NCBI GenBank assembly: GCA_963724765.1
Contig: CAVRVY010000003.1
Span: forward strand, 896,001 to 960,000
Length of the DNA: 64,000 bases
Reading direction: 5' to 3'
From: an uncultured delta proteobacterium
Lineage (GTDB): Bacteria > Desulfobacterota > Binatia > Binatales > Binataceae
A program made the translations under genes and the position numbers. The notes under the pieces are model-generated. The model was not told the DNA's origin and did not search any database. It saw nothing but the letters and a program-made list of their open reading frames with translations. This document shows positions 60,453 to 64,000 of this stretch, piece after piece. How positions within the stretch are numbered: the stretch's first letter is position 1; the number at the start of each line of letters is the position of its first letter.

Positions 60453-60893
60453 ATGGCCCGTAGCAACAACCGTGACAACAGCCTTAAAGGCAAGCCGGGC
60501 GCGCGCACACGGCGCGACGTAAAGCGCGGCCAGGTGCGCTACCGCGTATGCCAGACGGCGGTGCTCGCGGCCGGCGAGTCGATAAAATTCATGCTGCCGG
60601 TGCGCGGCGCGGACGAGGAATGCTTCGTGGTCAATTTCCACGGCCATTACCACGCCTACGTCAACCGCTGCCGCCACGTGCCGATGGCAATGGACTGGAT
60701 TGACAACCAGTTCTTCGCCGAGCAGGGGCGTTACCTGATGTGCCAGACGCACAACGCCTACTTCGAGCCGGCGAGCGGCGAATGTATCGCCGGCCCAGCC
60801 AGCGCCTGCGGTAAGTTTCTTTACCGCGTACCGCTCGAGATCGACGACGGCGTCATCTACGCGCGCCCGCCCGAGCAGGAGTTCGACGATTAG
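60453..60893 (+). CDS. Rieske 2Fe-2S protein
   Basis: CRH...CQTH. Confidence 0.9.
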   Translation: MARSNNRDNSLKGKPGARTRRDVKRGQVRYRVCQTAVLAAGESIKFMLPVRGADEECFVVNFHGHYHAYVNRCRHVPMAMDWIDNQFFAEQGRYLMCQTHNAYFEPASGECIAGPASACGKFLYRVPLEIDDGVIYARPPEQEFDD

Positions 60894-61039
60894 ACGCCGC
60901 GATGGAGATTCGCGTGCAGCGCACGCGAGGCAAAAAGCGGCCCGGTATCTTTTGCCGCAAGGTCTGACGGTTGCACTGGATTAAGCGTTTTTGATAAGAG
61001 CAAGCGAAACTGCCGCTTGAACAGTAGAGGATAACGGAC

Positions 61040-61369
61040 ATGAAATCCTGGAAGTTAGCGATGCTGGGCATGGCAGGCGCTTGCGTCACGAGTATCTATT
61101 CGGCCCCCGCCTTCGCGCAAGCGGGTATGACTGCCCCGCCACCGGCAGTGCATAAGTTCCGCCGAGAAGATGTATTTGCCACTATGAACAAGGTCTCGCA
61201 GGACGTGTGGCGCGCGAAGTACTCCGGCGCCAGCGCGCAGCACATGCAGGAACTCTTTCTCGACGGCCAGCGCGCCTACTTCAAAGGCGACTATGACTCC
61301 GCGATGGGCGATTTTATGGCCGCCGAGAAAATCTACAAGAAGTATCCGAACACGGTAACGCCGGATTAG
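61040..61369 (+). CDS. Secreted hypothetical protein
   Basis: GAGG SD; signal peptide ending AFA. Confidence 0.75.
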   Translation: MKSWKLAMLGMAGACVTSIYSAPAFAQAGMTAPPPAVHKFRREDVFATMNKVSQDVWRAKYSGASAQHMQELFLDGQRAYFKGDYDSAMGDFMAAEKIYKKYPNTVTPD

Positions 61370-61500
61370 TCCACCGGCGCGCCCTCATCGCGCCCCGCAA
61401 CCGGGTTCTTGAGCGCGACGCGCGTCCTGCTGCATCGAAACAGCGCGACGCACGTGGTTTTTTTGGGATAGCGAATCGGGAAGAGGAACGCGCGCGGCGC

Positions 61501-61752
61501 TCACTCGTATTCGTCGCCGAAATGCGCGCGCACGATGCGCGCCTTCAGGTATTCCAGCGTGCCCAGGTCCTCGACGATGTCGCCGCCGGTGTCGTAGAAG
61601 AACAACTCGCCGTTCTTGGTGCGCCCAACCGCAATAATCCATTCGAGTTCATCGCGATCCTCGAGCAGATAGTTGATGGTTTGAGCGACGCCGCGGCCCG
61701 GGATGATGGTAATTTTCGGGCGCGGCGGCTTTTCCTTTTCCTGCTTGGGCAT
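61501..61752 (-). CDS. Hypothetical protein
   Basis: GAGGG SD; host-like codon usage. Confidence 0.7.
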   Translation of the reverse strand: MPKQEKEKPPRPKITIIPGRGVAQTINYLLEDRDELEWIIAVGRTKNGELFFYDTGGDIVEDLGTLEYLKARIVRAHFGDEYE

Positions 61753-61803
61753 CTTTTGCTGACCCTCTGCCGGGCGGGAAAATAGCCGGGTCGACAACCC
61801 AGA

Positions 61804-63066
61804 TTAGGAACGGGTCGCCGCCGAAGTCAATACCGCATGCGCTACGACTTCCGCATGATGCGTGTTGGGAAAAAAATCGAACGCGCGCAACGCCGCGATT
61901 CGGTAGCCGCCGCCGCATAGCGCGCGCAGGTCGCGCGCCAGCGTCGCCACGTCGCACGAGACATAGATCACCCGCGCCGCACGCATGCGCAACAGCGGCT
62001 CGATGAGCTCGCGCGCGCCGCTGCGCGGCGGATCCATGATCACGACGTCGGGCCGGTAATGCGCGCGCAAGAGAAACCGCGCCAGCTCTGCCGCCTCCAT
62101 CGCGGTGAACTCCGCCCGCTTTAGCCCCAGCCGCGCCGCGTTGCGCGCCGCCGCCGTCACCGCCAGCGCTTCGGCGTCGACTCCCATAACTTCCGCACCG
62201 CGCCGCGCCGCGGGCAAGCTGAAATTGCCCGCGCCGCAGAACAGGTCGAGCACGCGCGCCTCCGCGTTCGCCCCCGCCATCTCCATTACGGTGGCGACCA
62301 GCTTCAGGTTCTGCGCGCGATTGACCTGGCTGAAAAGGTCGGCATCGACTTCGAGTTCGAGCCCGGGCTCCAACGCGACCGCGATCGAAACCTCGCCAAT
62401 AACCTCGCGCGCGCCCCCCGCGCGCAGCACTGCGCCGGCAAGCCGCGCGTCGCCCTCGACCAGCCGGCGCGCGCGCCCGAGCACGGCGGCGCCGGGCGCC
62501 CGCGCCAGGTGCGCAACCAGCACTTCGCGGCCGCGATCGGCGACGACCTCGATCTCCTCGCACTCGACTTCGGCCGCGAACTCACGCGGCATCCGGATTT
62601 CCGCGGCCGCCACCGAGCAGTGCTCGATTTCGACCAGCCGGCGGCTGTCCGCTTCATAAAATCCCAGCCGCCCGCCGCGGCCGGTCTTGAACCTGATCCG
62701 CGCACGGTAGCCGAATTCGGCCGGCGCCGGCTCGATCAGGTTTGCAGCATCCAATTCCAGGCCCAGCGCGCGATTGAGCGTCGCCGCGATGACCTCCGCT
62801 TTGAACCGCACCTGCTCGGAGTAGGCGATTTGCTGCCAGTCGCATCCGCCGCAGCGTGGCAGGTACGGACACGGCGGCGTGCGGCGCGCGGCCCCCGCCT
62901 TGAGCACTCCCTGGGCGCGCGCAACAAGATAGCCGGCGCGCTCGTGGACGACCGTGACCTCGAGCAAATCGCCGGGCGCCGCGTTGGGCACCATCACGGC
63001 CTTGCCGTCGAGCCGTCCGACCCCGAACGGCCCGAATGTCATCGCGGTAATCTCGACCTGTGCCAT
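61804..63066 (-). CDS. rlmD: TRAM-domain RNA m5U methyltransferase (RlmD/TrmA family)
   Basis: CPYLPRCGGC, FSQVN, LDLFCGAG, DPPRSG, YVSC, DFFPNTHHAE. Confidence 0.88.
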   Translation of the reverse strand: MAQVEITAMTFGPFGVGRLDGKAVMVPNAAPGDLLEVTVVHERAGYLVARAQGVLKAGAARRTPPCPYLPRCGGCDWQQIAYSEQVRFKAEVIAATLNRALGLELDAANLIEPAPAEFGYRARIRFKTGRGGRLGFYEADSRRLVEIEHCSVAAAEIRMPREFAAEVECEEIEVVADRGREVLVAHLARAPGAAVLGRARRLVEGDARLAGAVLRAGGAREVIGEVSIAVALEPGLELEVDADLFSQVNRAQNLKLVATVMEMAGANAEARVLDLFCGAGNFSLPAARRGAEVMGVDAEALAVTAAARNAARLGLKRAEFTAMEAAELARFLLRAHYRPDVVIMDPPRSGARELIEPLLRMRAARVIYVSCDVATLARDLRALCGGGYRIAALRAFDFFPNTHHAEVVAHAVLTSAATRS

Positions 63067-63236
63067 CGATACGGAGAACGCACGCGGGTGCGCCTTCAAG
63101 CTTATCGGATAAGCCGGGACATTGCCGGATTGGAAGATATCCGCAGCCGGTGCGCTGGAGTAGCCGCGCACGCGCGGCGCAACTTATAATCCCTGGACGG
63201 GGGACCGTCCCGGCCCCTGCAATCTGAATTTTCCGG

Positions 63237-64000
63237 GTGACAGCGTTGGCCAGCGAAGCACAACCGCATACGACCGTCTCGAATGACACGCGCGAATACG
63301 CGCGACGGCTCGAAATTTTCGCCACCCGCCTGTTCGGCGGGCTCGCGCCCGAGCTCGCGGCGCGCGTGTCCGCTGAGCGGCGCGCGCACCTCAGCGCCGA
63401 GGCGCTGAAGTTTTTCTCGTTGCGCGCCGAGCCGATTAAGATCCGCGTCGTAATCGCAGCGCCAGGCGAAGGGGGCGGCTCCTTCGCCGAAACGGTGATG
63501 CAGGACTGCCCGTTCATCATCGACAGCATGCTCGAGTACTTTCACCACCTCGGCATCGGCGCCGGTCTGCTACTGCATCCGGTGCTCCTCGCTGAACGCG
63601 ACGCCGCCGGCCGTCTGATCTCGCTCGAACGCGTCAGGGCTACCGAACAACCCGAATCTTTCGTCCATCTCGAACTGCGCCTGAACGGAGGCACGCATGA
63701 CCCCGAGCGTATCGCCGAAGGGCTCAAGGACGTGCTCGCGCAGGTGCGATCGGCAACCGGCGATTTCGCAGCGATGAGCGCGCGAGCGCTGGAGATTTGC
63801 GAGGAGACTGCGGCGCAGCGCGAGCTGGTCGAGGTGCGCGATCTGTTGCGATGGCTGGTCGGCGGCGGTTTTGTCTTTCTTGGCTATCGGCGCTATCGGG
63901 TCGGCGAAGCCGGCGGCCATCGCACGCTCGAGGCTGATTTGGACTCGGAACTCGGCCTGCTACGCGACTTCAGCCGCTCGCGTTACGCGCAGCCGGTGGA
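63237..64000 (+). CDS. gdhB: Large NAD-specific glutamate dehydrogenase, N-terminal part (runs off the window)
   Basis: Manual translation: QDCPFIIDS...LHPVL...ESFVHLE...DFAAM...LRWL...FVFLGYRRY. Confidence 0.85.
   Translation, partial: MTALASEAQPHTTVSNDTREYARRLEIFATRLFGGLAPELAARVSAERRAHLSAEALKFFSLRAEPIKIRVVIAAPGEGGGSFAETVMQDCPFIIDSMLEYFHHLGIGAGLLLHPVLLAERDAAGRLISLERVRATEQPESFVHLELRLNGGTHDPERIAEGLKDVLAQVRSATGDFAAMSARALEICEETAAQRELVEVRDLLRWLVGGGFVFLGYRRYRVGEAGGHRTLEADLDSELGLLRDFSRSRYAQPV

Noticed and set aside
60960-61039. Riboswitch upstream of the secreted protein gene
   Set aside because: Only one short hairpin (CAAGCG/CGCTTG); no recognisable aptamer consensus

Overview
GC-rich bacterial chromosome segment; the gene content (several LLM/F420 oxidoreductases, class III cyclases, mreBCD-mrdA-rodA) looks like a soil Binatota/Deltaproteobacteria-like organism, which is an inference. 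It has four parts. (1) 1-12374 is a lower-GC, partly decayed island abutting the 3' end of tRNA-Ala(CGC). It holds two diverged copies of a non-coding module, each upstream of a zinc-ribbon adenylate/guanylate cyclase gene, plus an IS3 remnant, redox genes, and a small protein paired with a ComQ-like prenyltransferase. (2) 12464-40144 is housekeeping: galU, dksA, larC, queE, ppiD, mreBCD-mrdA-rodA, amtB, ilvE and pcnB. It includes a YkgJ-family gene with an in-frame TGA at a conserved Cys position (candidate selenoprotein). (3) 40176-53103 is a ~12.9 kb phage-satellite-like element integrated in tRNA-Val(CAC). It carries an NrS-1-like primase-polymerase/SF3 helicase, two HPD-motif J-domain proteins, terminase-small-like and scaffold-like genes but no capsid gene, GT87 cargo, a duplicated 85-bp hairpin and an internally deleted integrase. 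(4) 53171-64000 is housekeeping again, ending in the N-terminus of a large NAD-glutamate dehydrogenase. All calls come from motif recognition by eye; no searches were run.
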